Shown one piece after another: positions 54,181-64,000 of a stretch of DNA of 64,000 nucleotides. The position numbers and the translations under genes were made by a program. The stretch lies in the IMG/VR virus record IMGVR_UViG_3300035395_000183. One strand, written 5' to 3'. The notes beneath the pieces are model-generated. The model was not told the origin of the DNA, made no database searches, and saw nothing but the letters and a program-made list of their open reading frames with translations. Origin of the DNA: an uncultured virus (IMG/VR IMGVR_UViG_3300035395_000183) (Duplodnaviria; Heunggongvirae; Uroviricota; Caudoviricetes). The number at the start of each line of letters is the position of its first letter. The first letter of the stretch is position 1.

Positions 54181-55962
54181 TTATGCAGTTGTTGTTACTG
54201 TTACAGATTTGTTTGTTGTAAGGGAAGTTACTGCTGCATTGCTTGCTGCTGTCCTTGCTGCATTAGTGCCTATTAATGATAATGTTCTTGAAGTACCTGC
54301 CCATGCACTACCATTTAAGTCAATAATAAGATTATCAACTTCTGTTGAGGAAAGTCCACCTCCAGCAACAGGTGTAATTCTAAAGAAATTAATATTATTG
54401 TTCCACGTTTTACCAGACGTATAGTCACTTATTGTATTGTTACCATAAAAATTAATATAGATAAGTAATGATGACAAACTACTTAAATTACCTGAAACTG
54501 TATTACTTCCACCGATTTGTAACCGATTAAGTGTTAATGGTAATCCATTCAAATTACCTGTAATGGTATTATTACCAACTATTTGAAATGCCAATAAATT
54601 CATACTCGACAAACTACTCAAATTACCTGTAATGGTATTACTACCAAGCACAAGTATAAGAAGTAAACTTGATGGCAAACTACTCAAATTACCTGCAATG
54701 GTATTGCTTCCTTGAAAATTTAGTACCGTTAATGGTAAACTTGCAATACTGCTTAAATCACCTGAAATTGTATTTGAACCTGATACCCTTATAAATGTTA
54801 AACCAGATGGTAAACTACTTAGATTACCAGTGATTGTATTACCTGTACCACAATTAAAGGAAGTGAGACCAGTAGGTAAACTACTCAAATTACCTGTAAT
54901 ACTGTTTGTTCCTACCCCAACATTAAATGATGTAAGGTTTGAGCGCAAACTACTTAGATTGCCTGTAATAGTATTATTACCAATAACATATACAGACACC
55001 CCAATAATATAGTTATCAAAAAACACAGTCATATTAGCAGGAATATTAGCAATATCAAAAGCATTTATGCTTGCTGCATTTGTGCTGCTATCCCATGTGT
55101 TTAGTTGTGTAACCTTTAACTTTTCAGTAGTTAAATTACTACTTCCAGAAAGTACTTTCAAATAAAATGTACTTGTTGCACCACTTGTTATTGTACGAGA
55201 TTGATTAGCATTTGTTGTACCTGCTGCATCATCGTAAAAATAAGCATTACCAGTCAAAGTAATTATACTATCAGCACTAACTGTTAATCCAAGAGTAGAT
55301 ACACCTGCACCTGTTCCAGTAGTAGTAAGGGGTAATATAAACCCTTCCGTAACAGTTATTGTAAAAGCTTTTTCAAAATATAATCCACCAGCATCAGTAG
55401 TCCTAATCCTTACTGAATAACTTGATTTTGTTTCATAATCAAACACTGCATTAGTAACTAAATTACTTCCAGATATAGCAAATGAAGCGTTATCTGTTGA
55501 ACCTGTGCCACTGACCAATGAATAAGTGAATGTATCACCTACATCAACATCGGTTGTTGATAAAGCACCTACAACTGTACCAATAATATTGTTTTCTCCT
55601 ACTGATGAAGCAGATAAAGTTATATCAGTTGGAACTTCATTAACATTAGTTATATTAACACTAATAGATTGTTCAAAGTCCTTAGCTAGTACTGTATAAA
55701 TAATAGTGAGTGAATAAGAACTTTTAACTTCATAATTGAAGTTACTATTTCCAGTTAATGCTCCAGTACTACCATTAATAGTAAATAAAGCACCATCACC
55801 ACCTGCTTTTATTGAATATGCACCTCCTAATGGTAATGCTAATGCAGTTCCAACAACATTTTGATTCTCTGCAGCATTAAAAATATTAGACGAAATAAAT
55901 CTACCAGGAATACGTTTACTTTGTTTTAATATTGGAGAGATTCCTATTCCTAGTCCTGGCAT
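54181..55962 (-). CDS. Cadherin-domain + leucine-rich-repeat protein, putative head fibre (593 aa)
   Basis: Two cadherin-like domains (NVNEVPTDITLS...FDYETKSSYSVRIRTTD) and about nine 22-23-aa GxNTITGNLSSL repeats. No TGA. Confidence 0.75.
   Translation of the reverse strand: MPGLGIGISPILKQSKRIPGRFISSNIFNAAENQNVVGTALALPLGGAYSIKAGGDGALFTINGSTGALTGNSNFNYEVKSSYSLTIIYTVLAKDFEQSISVNITNVNEVPTDITLSASSVGENNIIGTVVGALSTTDVDVGDTFTYSLVSGTGSTDNASFAISGSNLVTNAVFDYETKSSYSVRIRTTDAGGLYFEKAFTITVTEGFILPLTTTGTGAGVSTLGLTVSADSIITLTGNAYFYDDAAGTTNANQSRTITSGATSTFYLKVLSGSSNLTTEKLKVTQLNTWDSSTNAASINAFDIANIPANMTVFFDNYIIGVSVYVIGNNTITGNLSSLRSNLTSFNVGVGTNSITGNLSSLPTGLTSFNCGTGNTITGNLSSLPSGLTFIRVSGSNTISGDLSSIASLPLTVLNFQGSNTIAGNLSSLPSSLLLILVLGSNTITGNLSSLSSMNLLAFQIVGNNTITGNLNGLPLTLNRLQIGGSNTVSGNLSSLSSLLIYINFYGNNTISDYTSGKTWNNNINFFRITPVAGGGLSSTEVDNLIIDLNGSAWAGTSRTLSLIGTNAARTAASNAAVTSLTTNKSVTVTTTA
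54420..54990 (-). repeat. Tandem ~66-69-nt coding repeats (LRR units)
   Basis: Recurrent aaactactcaaattacctgtaat-like units on the + strand. Confidence 0.85.
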
Positions 55963-56240
55963 TACAATCTAAATATTTGACCAAGACCTCCTGATGTTAC
56001 AGTAAAATCTTTGATATTTGTTGAAAAGAATATAGTCTTTCCTTCTTTTATTGTAATAGTTTCCCAACCGGTAACTATTGTTGCCCCATAATTATCTCTA
56101 AATGAAGCAATTACTGTATCTTCTCATGCTTCAAAAGCATAGCAATTTACAACTTTTACTCCTGCTCCTGTTGTTACTGGATATGAGCCTCCAGCGCATT
56201 GTATATAATTTAATGCGTCATTATCAGTTCTTCTTGACAT
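55962..56240 (-). CDS. Small beta-rich protein (92 aa), possible head-spike base
   Basis: Code-4 ORF MSRRTDND...FEAWEDT...QIFRL, TAATG-coupled to the cadherin-LRR gene. Confidence 0.6.
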
Positions 56241-56255
56241 GTTATTTATTTAATA

Positions 56256-56603
56256 TTATAAAAATCCATTGTAATCTGTATAGTTTGGATCACATGTTAC
56301 TGTATCAGTAGATACTTGATCACTTGTTGGTCCTTCTTCATTAACGCTTGGAGTTCTTACTACTTTGTAGAAATAAACTCTCATATAATTTCTTATTCTT
56401 AAATCTTCATAGATATAATTTAAAAATTCATCATCCGTTTCTCAATCTCCAGCTGTTGTAGTTGGAAACATATAACTTGGAATCCCTATTGTTAATTTAT
56501 ATCCTGGATTTAATTTTTCGACTTGTAATCAACCATTATAGCAAGCTTTATATAAGCTCATTATGTAATCACGTATCGCTTGCTCTAATTCTGTTTCTGT
56601 CAT
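56256..56603 (-). CDS. Hypothetical protein downstream of terminase (115 aa)
   Basis: Code-4 ORF MTETELEQAIRDYI... with two TGA. TAATG overlap with terL. Confidence 0.7.
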
Positions 56604-58801
56604 TATTTAGGTTCTTTTAATGCGTTATAAGTTGCTCATTCTTCTTGTGAAAATTTTCTATAATGAGGTGTATTTTCCCAAAATTCAGATTTAGGTTCAT
56701 TATTAATTCATGTTTCATCCCTATTTTTTCTAGTCATATCATTTTTCTCTTCTCTTGTTTGCGGAATTACTCCATAATGTTTGTATCCCTTATTATCAGT
56801 TCATCATCCAATATCTTGGAATTTTTTACCTTGTGGTTCTCTTGCTTCTGGTTTTTTAACTGATAATTCCTCATCTGCTAATTCACACATTCCCATAGCT
56901 GCAACAATATCAAATTTCTTTTTGTCTTCATCAGAGTAGTTTAGTAATTGATCTAATATTTCTCTAAACGATATTGTATAACAATAATCTAAACAAAAAT
57001 CATAGATTAATTCTCTATAATGTTCAATTACTTTAACAGTAGCAGGAGTACCATACATATTTGAATTACCTTTTGAAATATCAGGCATAGTTGCTCTTGG
57101 ACGTTTCATTAATAAAGATAAATATTTATGATCTCTAAAATAAGTAGTAATAGTAGTTCTTGTAGATTCTAAGACAGCTTTCGCATAATAATAAGTAAGT
57201 AGTTTTGCTGCATTTTCATAAGCTTCTCTAGGGTCTCTAGGTCTGTCTTTATACATTGCAACATATTTTGGATCTTGTAATCCTAAAATTCTTTTCTTAA
57301 TAACAATACAAAATTCTGAAGATACAGTTTCATTTGCTTTTTTAGATTGTGCAGAGTCTGTTGCTCCAATATCAATTGAGTCAATTCCTCCAACATATAA
57401 ATTGTTATAATCCGTGCCTTCTTCAGACATTATAGGATGTTCTGCTATTAATATATTTCCATCAGGATCTTCACGTCATTTTACTTTTCCATTCCTCATT
57501 TTAGTATTTTCATCAATTGCTCATGTTAAAAATCCAGCTTTAGGTAATGGAATATCTTTATAAATATCAATATGTGCTAATTGTTCTGCTATTTCCTCGA
57601 CCGGAAATAAATTGTCTGAATGTTGAATTAAAGCCTCTTCAATTGTAAAACAATATTCAGATTTATATTCTAATAAATCTTTTGGTTCATCAATTAATTT
57701 TGATCGTTCTTTTAAATAATATTCTTTAGCTTTTCCAACATTACATCATCCTCGACTATCAATAAGCTCATAAACAATTCTATAAGCAGGAATAAATAAT
57801 CCAGAGATAATATATTTTCCATCTTGAGTAAAATTATGTCTAACAGGTAAAATATTATATGCTTGTGGATTTAAGGTCATTTTCTTTAATCCTTGCATTG
57901 AACTTGCTTTAGAGGAACCTCCAGTTCCAAAAGCAATACGTCGTCCAACTCTTTTACCTCCAAGTACAGAAATTAAAGCTTCGCCTTTAACTCATTTCTT
58001 TAATAAAACTGTATCCGCACCTGCTTCTTCGTAGATTAAAATTTGAGTTCTATCTCCCCTAAGTTTATCAACTTCATCGCAAACAAGTCCTTCAACTTCT
58101 GAACGATGTCCTGATTCACTTCCATCTTTATCTTTTTTAGATGCTCTTTTATGTGTAGCCGTATTTATATTCATGCGAACTCTTCGCAAAGCTCCTTCTG
58201 TGTTTTCATTTAATCAATCCATTTGTAACCAAATCTTACTAAGAGTTGGAGTTAAATGGTTTTTTGAAAAAGCAGAAACAACAGATCTAAAGTTTGGAAT
58301 AGTTGTATATGGTCTTACTATAAATGAAGAAGCCATTTCAGAAAATCCAATACCACGAGATTTTAATACAGATGTATCTTTCTTTAATTTTTCACACATT
58401 TCCAAATAATGAAAATATTCATATTGAAAAACTAAAAATTCTGGAAATCCATAAGTTTGATTTATAGTCTCAAAATCCGAAGATTTAAGATTATAGAAAT
58501 TAAGAAAGAAATAATTATCTCCTGTTATTCTATATCCATTTACAGTATATCCATTATTACATCTATCAATTCTTTCTCTTCATCAATCTACATGAGTCTT
58601 TGAACCTATAGGAATAGACGATGGACTATATCGGCCTGTTTTTAATTTATTAAGAGCGTCTTCTCTAAATCAATTTGGATTAAAATCTAATCCTTGAGTA
58701 TCATTTATTGGTCTAAACCCAGTTAATTCAAAAGATTGTTCAATATCAAAATACTCAATAGGTTGTCCCAAAGGAACATCTCAAGTAAAAGTATTAGCCA
58801 T
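56603..58801 (-). CDS. terL: Terminase large subunit (732 aa)
   Basis: ORFs 58214, 57992 and 56804 in frame via TGA. Walker A VLKSRGIGFSE, Walker B LIYEEAG, FGTGG, nuclease YVGGIDSID and KFDIVAAMG. Confidence 0.93.
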
Positions 58802-58803
58802 AA

Positions 58804-59379
58804 TTAATCAAATATTCCAAGTTCAGTATTTCCTCTAAGCGTACTTTCAGTTTGCATTCCTTTTTTAACTTGATATTCTAACTCTTTAAGAGTTGAGATT
58901 AAATCTCTACAACCTTTAATTTCTGCAATTAAATCTTTGCTTTTAAAAATAGGTTTGCCACTAATGGGATCTCTTTCTTGTAAATCTACATGGTCCAAAT
59001 AAAATATTTGTTTCTCAACTGCTCCCATTGCAGATTTTAATAATCTTAAATCAAGGGACGAGTTTTGTAGTGAATCATATTTTTTACAAGCTGCACGAAA
59101 TAATGGGTCATCAAATTCTGCTTGTGTTAAACGAGAATCTTTTAATGCTTCATTATGTTTATCTTGTTCCGAAAATTGGAAATAAGGACTAGCTCAATCA
59201 AAGAATAAATATATATATTTTAATTCTCTAAAAGCTCTAAGTTTTTGTTTTCCAGTTTTATCAGTAGAAGTTTTATTTCTATCTAAACTTAATAATGCAT
59301 CAAATTCTTCAACTAATAAAAGTCCTTCTTCATCTAAAGATATATTACCATTAACATTATCATATACAAATCATTTCAT
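58804..59379 (-). CDS. Protein upstream of terL, possible terminase small subunit (191 aa)
   Basis: MKWFVYD...AFRELKYIYLFFDWASPY..., in frame with track ORF 58804. Helical, directly upstream of terL. Confidence 0.6.
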
Positions 59380-59381
59380 AT

Positions 59382-59963
59382 TTATTTCTTTTTCTTTAAT
59401 TTACCGCCACATTTACAAGAACAAGTTTCCATAACTTTTCCTCCTGCGGCTTTAGTAAGAATCATATCGCATCCACAAGAACATTTCTTTTTCTTTTTAG
59501 TAGTTCCACCTTTAGCTTTAGTGATAACTGGATTTGATGCAGACTCTGCAACTGTTTCTTTCTTTGTAATTGGTGCTGCTTTCTTAACTAAATTTAATTT
59601 CTTAAGTTTAGCACCTTTAGCTGCAAATTGCGCACTATCTAAAGAATTAGTTTTATGATCTGCAATGTATTGAGTTTGATAAGCTTCTAATTGAGCTAAA
59701 TTTTCTTCAGATAATTGTTTATATTGTTCAACAGCTTTATTAACAGTGTCGTCATCTACTGAAATTGTAGAACTTCATTCTTCTCCTGGTATGGTATCTT
59801 TAAATTTACCATACTTTTCAGGATTTATTTCTTGCGATACTAAGAAGACAAAGAAAGGAAGTAATTCTTTCTTTTTATCTTCTGTAATACTTCCACCTAT
59901 TTGGAATGATTTTAATTTATCATATCCATAAGGATTTTTAAGTTTATTTAATTCTTGTATCAT
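59382..59963 (-). CDS. Basic protein with GG motifs and Cys-rich tail (193 aa)
   Basis: Track ORF 59775 extended past TGA to ...KCSCGC...CSCKCGGKLKKKK-TAA. Confidence 0.68.
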
Positions 59964-59965
59964 AA

Positions 59966-60190
59966 TTATAATTTCTGTAAATCTTTAGTATTATATAAAG
60001 CTTCCTGTAGTTGTCCTTGTGTTGTAAATCATCGACATAAAATTCCTTGAAAAAAATCTCCTCGTAATGATTCTGTCTTAATTGATTTAGTTACTTTTTT
60101 AACTACAATCATTATAGGTTTATTTGGTATATCTTGTCTAATGGTTACTACATCACCAGGAAGAAAAAATTGTTTTAATTCATTTTCCAT
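59966..60190 (-). CDS. DUF2158/YodC-like small protein (74 aa)
   Basis: FLPGDVVTIR...PIMIV...ILCR(W=TGA)F...EALYNTKDL matches the family pattern. Missing from the track. Confidence 0.75.
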
Positions 60191-60191
60191 A

Positions 60192-60731
60192 TTATTCCAT
60201 TTTAAAACGTGCTTTTAATCCTTCATTAATTACTGCTATTATAGATGGCTCTACTGTAACTTTATATCCTTGCTGCATAAATGGAAGAGGATATACTGTA
60301 CGTGTATCATAGAATACATCGTCGCCATTTTTTATATATTTTACTTCAGGTCCAACTTCTATAACTTGTGCACATCCAACAAAGACATCCAATTTATCTT
60401 TTTCACCTGAATCAGGATTATTAAAATCTCCTGTATATTCTACTATAATTTTTCCCTCCATTACTTTTCTGTAAGGATTTAAAGCATAAGGTAAAATAAT
60501 TATCTTTCCTCCCATTGGAATTAGTTCCAAGCGTTCTAGTTTTTCATCAAGTTCTTTTTGTTTCTTCTCTTGTGCTAATAAAAATAATTTATTAGCTTCT
60601 TCAAGTTCTTTCTGCTCTCTTAATTTTTGAGCATCTCTTAGTATTTGATTCTCTGGTAGAAAAATATCCTCGTTGGCTCCTATTCTATTAGCCATATAAA
60701 ATTTCCCTGTTTGTTCTTCTTTTAAACTCAT
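60192..60731 (-). CDS. groES: GroES-like co-chaperonin with N-terminal extension (179 aa)
   Basis: LIPMGGKIII...AQVIEVGPEVKYIKNGDDVFY...IIAVI. Confidence 0.75.
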   Translation of the reverse strand: MSLKEEQTGKFYMANRIGANEDIFLPENQILRDAQKLREQKELEEANKLFLLAQEKKQKELDEKLERLELIPMGGKIIILPYALNPYRKVMEGKIIVEYTGDFNNPDSGEKDKLDVFVGCAQVIEVGPEVKYIKNGDDVFYDTRTVYPLPFMQQGYKVTVEPSIIAVINEGLKARFKME

Positions 60732-60758
60732 AATTCATTATCATTTTTTAATTAATAT

Positions 60759-61031
60759 TTACCACTTTCCTAGTGGACATTCTGTATCTTCTACTCTTGT
60801 TTTTGATCCTAACACGCAGCCACATCCATGTCTAAAACCTGGTTTAGCTGTTTTTGAGATTTCATTTGTTGCTGGATTTAGATATAATGTTGAATTACAT
60901 ACTTCTCCAAATATTTTATCTTTTTTTAACAATTTACATTTATGACAAATGGCTATTCTTTCTTTATACAATTCTTCGTCTTTATTTAAAAGATTTTTGT
61001 ATGTGCCATTAATTATTTGACTGATAGACAT
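60759..61031 (-). CDS. Small Cys-rich zinc-binding protein (90 aa)
   Basis: RIAICHKC...C...GCGC...CPLGKW. Likely start MSISQ at 61031. Confidence 0.72.
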   Translation of the reverse strand: MSISQIINGTYKNLLNKDEELYKERIAICHKCKLLKKDKIFGEVCNSTLYLNPATNEISKTAKPGFRHGCGCVLGSKTRVEDTECPLGKW

Positions 61032-61726
61032 AATATAACTCCTCCTAATATTCCTCCTCCTAACCAATAAGGCCAACGACCTGCTCGTTTTTGAGATTTG
61101 TTTAATTGTTGTATTAATTTCTCATTGGATTGTTTATATATCGTTATAGCATCTTCATTTAGTTTTACAATATCTTTACAGTTTTCGGATACTTCTTTAA
61201 AAATATCAATTTCTAACTGTTGTTTATGTATAATTACTTCATCAATTTTATAAAGGTCTTTATATTTATATAGACTATTTACTTTAAGTCTTAATTTAAT
61301 TACTCCTTCTTTAGTAAATTGATATTTAATAAGTGTGTCATTTTGAGTATCTTTAATAATTGCCCATGTTGGCATTTGTTCTGTTAAAGAGTCAATTGCT
61401 TTTGCGTGGTCTGCTGCACTAGCATCCTTAATTATATTATCTTTTTTAGTTGTTTCAATATAAACAATTTCTTTTGTGCCTTTAACTTCTTTTATTTCTT
61501 TCTCAAGACTATCTACTTGTGATAATAAAATTGTATTTACTATATTAATAGAATCAACTTTTGCTTCATACTTAGCAGCTATCATTTGGTGTTCTACAAT
61601 ATTACTATGTTTATAATCATTTACTCATTTAATAGCCATTCAATAAAATGCTGCCACTACTATCAAACTAGTAATAGCAATTCCTACTCTAAAAAATAAT
61701 TTTTTCTCTTGATTGCTTAAATTCAT
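61013..61726 (-). CDS. Membrane-anchored coiled-coil protein, spanin-like (237 aa)
   Basis: Code 4 adds an N-terminal TM helix (FFRVGIAITSLIVVAAFYWMAIKW) to track ORF 61013. Coiled coil plus C-terminal hydrophobic segment. Confidence 0.55.
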
Positions 61727-62615
61727 TGTGTTCAATTTGTTGTTTATGAAAAGTTAGCATTCTTTCTACTTCAGTTTTTAAATACTCACATTCATAAGTT
61801 GCATTATTTCCATCATGATCATAATGTAATAAAATAAGCGCTTTAATATTGAATCTAGGATCAATCTTTTGAATCATCCATGCGTAAGTAGATAACTGTA
61901 TGCTATAATGCCAAAAATTAGTATCTTGTATATTGTTAAGAGGATACTTCATCATAGAATGTTTTTTAGTTTTTCTATCGAAATATGCTTTCATATCAAT
62001 CTTTTTATTAGTTTTATAGTCTAGAATGTATACATCAAATCCATCTATGATAACTAAATCAGCTTGTCCTGCCAATCTAAGTTTTCCATCAGGTGATATT
62101 CTAGATAAAAGTAATTCAGGATATATTCCACGTCCTGGTTCTATTTTATTTGAAGTCTTGGTAGAAAATGAACCACCTAAACCTAAATGTTGTAATTCTT
62201 TTGTTTTACCAGCAAGATGTTCTAACTCATGCTGTCTATGAATTGCAGTTCCTCTAATACAAGAAGCTTCTCGCTTTTCTCGTCAGTCCTCAAGGATTTC
62301 CTGCTTCCTTGTAGAAAAGGCGTCTAAAGCAACGCCTGTTCTATCAAGGTAAGTTTGGTTGAATTGTTTAAAATTTAACAAATCGGGTTTTACACTTTTA
62401 AAATTATCTTCACCTATTAAACTTTCTAATGCTTTATAGGAAGACCAAAAATCTTCATCAAATACAGTAAACTGATGAATAAGAGTTGTAACCGAAATGC
62501 AGGATTGATTAGATTCTTTAACCCAGTATTTATGGAGTTCATCATTATATTTAACTACTTCATTTTCTTTATCTACTAGGAGTTGATCATAATCAATTAC
62601 ATTTGTCACCATCAT
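61689..62615 (-). CDS. PD-(D/E)xK nuclease, exonuclease-like (308 aa)
   Basis: ORFs 62283 and 61689 joined by TGA. Motifs SVTT, RGTAIH, PELL, AGQADL, DYKT, YSIQLSTYA. Ends TAG. Confidence 0.85.
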
Positions 62616-63340
62616 TTAAATTTTTTCTTTTCTTTTTCTCTTTCATCTATCTCATCATAATTGATCATTGAACCAATTCTTTGTGCTGCCCTACTTACTA
62701 ATGGTAAAATTGCTGGATATTCTAAAATATTATAGGATGATCGGGTTGTTACAATAGCTAAAAATCCAATGGCTTCGTCAACACCCTGAATTGAATAGAA
62801 TAAAACACTTTCAATATCTGCTCGTTCCATTACTTGTTCCAATACTCTGCAATCTGGGGGTATTGGCCCAGTGCGGTCAATAAAAATGAATCCATCTCTT
62901 TCTAACCTTGTTAAAAATGGAGCCACCATTGCAGTATTTAAACGTTCATGTCTTTGACTCATTAAAGGTAATCCTGGAGTTGCAACTTCATTAGTTGCAG
63001 TCATAAACAAAAATGGAAGTCCTACGAGATTTGTAGTTCCGTTAGAAAACTCAAAAATAATTGCTCTATTAGCTTTTGTTTCTTCAGCTAAATTACTAAG
63101 TATTTCCTGCACTTCTTCAGTAAATTGTTTTCTAAGTCTGTTACCATGTTTATGATTAGCTTTTTCTTCTTCTTCTTTTTCAGAAAACTTTCTATCAATA
63201 ATTTTACTTAATACATTCTTAGAAGATAATAAGTAAGCCCCAGCCAGAAGTGGGATCGAACTAACTGATACAAAGGCAAATGCCGCTCAATATCCATGAT
63301 TAACAATAATATAAGTTATTAATTTTAATACATCTGCCAT
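62597..63340 (-). CDS. Single-TM protein with GAF-like domain, T4-holin-T-like (~247 aa)
   Basis: MADVLK...GYWAAFAFVSVSSIPLLAGAYLL (TM), then ANRAIIFEFSNG...GLPF...IGFLAI. Confidence 0.6.
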
Positions 63341-63383
63341 ACTGATTTAAACTTTTTAATTTTAGGTTTGTTTTAAATTTTTA

Positions 63384-63391
63384 CAAAGGTA
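63384..63391 (-). promoter_or_regulatory. Bacteroidota-type -7 promoter box (TACCTTTG)
   Basis: TAnnTTTG 44 nt upstream of ATG 63340, in an AT-rich gap. Confidence 0.65.
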
Positions 63392-63514
63392 TTTATAAAT
63401 TTTGGAATAAAACACAATTTTTATAAAATATCTTAATTTTTAAATTCATTATTAATTATATTTGCTAAATTATTATACATTTGAATTGGGAAGTAAAATA
63501 CCAATTCTTTATAA

Positions 63515-64000
63515 CTAAATGTTATTACTTCTTAATTTTGCTAATATCTTTGGAATAATAGGATTTCTTACACAGTCTTCGTCTGTAAATTCTATAGTTC
63601 CAATTAAGTCTGAATCTGAAAATATTTCTAAAACAGTTGCTAAACATGATTCGGTTTTATGTTTCCTATCTATTTGCTCAGTATCACCTAAGAAAATATA
63701 TTTGGAGTTTTCTCCGATTCTTGTCATTATTGTTTTAAACGTATGGTTATCTATATTTTGTGCTTCGTCAATAATTACTATTGAATTATCAATAGATAAT
63801 CCTCTTATAAAAGCTAACGGTAATATCTCTATCATTTTCTTATTAAGCAAATCTTTTGATGAATCTGGTCCGCAGATTTTATCTATATTCCACATGTAGG
63901 ACATTACGAACGGTTCCATTTTTTGTTCCATTCCTCCTTTAAGAAATCCTATCTCTTCACCAGGAATAGGAGTTACAGATTTTACTAATATTACTTTTCT
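63515..64000 (-). CDS. phoH: PhoH-family ATPase, 5'-truncated
   Basis: EEIGFLKG, LAFIRGLS, IIDEAQN, MTRIGENSK, GDTEQID, VRNPII. Ends TAG. Confidence 0.92.
   Translation of the reverse strand, partial: RKVILVKSVTPIPGEEIGFLKGGMEQKMEPFVMSYMWNIDKICGPDSSKDLLNKKMIEILPLAFIRGLSIDNSIVIIDEAQNIDNHTFKTIMTRIGENSKYIFLGDTEQIDRKHKTESCLATVLEIFSDSDLIGTIEFTDEDCVRNPIIPKILAKLRSNNI

Noticed and set aside
54420..54990. CRISPR array or DGR template/variable repeats
   Set aside because: The repeats are degenerate, codon-phased LRR units without spacers. No reverse transcriptase or adenine-specific repeat pair was seen.
39077..58801. Introns or inteins in MCP, portal or terL
   Set aside because: Code-4 lengths (476, 739, 732 aa) are continuous and ordinary, with no homing endonuclease or splicing motifs seen.
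61689..62615. Cas4 of a CRISPR system
   Set aside because: No array or other cas genes are present and it lacks the four-Cys Fe-S pattern. Treated as a stand-alone phage PD-(D/E)xK nuclease.
1..63340. Degraded prophage or many pseudogenes
   Set aside because: The breaks I checked are all in-frame TGA, with no frameshifts or internal TAA/TAG, and catalytic motifs are intact.
1..63340. TGA as Gly (table 25) or selenocysteine
   Set aside because: TGA falls at family-conserved Trp sites (FWMK, CRWF) and is far too frequent for Sec.
41495..63514. Suppressor tRNA in the intergenic gaps
   Set aside because: The gaps (41495-41657, 63341-63514) are extremely AT-rich with no cloverleaf or T-loop. 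Any tRNA would lie outside the window.
8962..63899. Plus-strand track ORFs (e.g. 20107-20595, 39597-39872, 63519-63899)
   Set aside because: They are antisense shadows of well-supported minus-strand genes and show no recognisable motifs.

Overview
This is about 64 kb of an AT-rich crAss-like (Crassvirales-type) phage genome, covering the late/virion module. Every credible gene lies on the minus strand. The fragmented ORF track is an artefact: the phage reads TGA as Trp (translation table 4). Neighbouring track ORFs are in frame and separated only by TGA. These TGAs fall at conserved Trp positions (DUF192 FWMK, DUF2158 CRWF, MCP IEWEI), and the rebuilt genes tile the window, end in TAA/TAG and often overlap as TAATG. 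In transcription order (right to left): PhoH, TM+GAF (T4-holin-like) protein, PD-(D/E)xK nuclease, spanin-like protein, Zn-finger protein, GroES, DUF2158, small/large terminase, a head-spike-like cassette (cadherin-LRR and CBM proteins), portal, chained fibre genes, a signal-peptide beta-helix/dockerin-like protein, holin plus DUF5675, scaffold-like protein, major capsid, ring/tail genes, a split tail-stabilisation (muzzle) protein, cargo proteins sharing a KxQxGG-type motif, a ~2970-aa protein with an SF1 helicase domain, and a virion two-barrel RNA polymerase (DFDID) running off the left edge. TAnnTTTG promoter boxes point to a Bacteroidota host. Code-4 coordinates were worked out by hand and no database searches were run.
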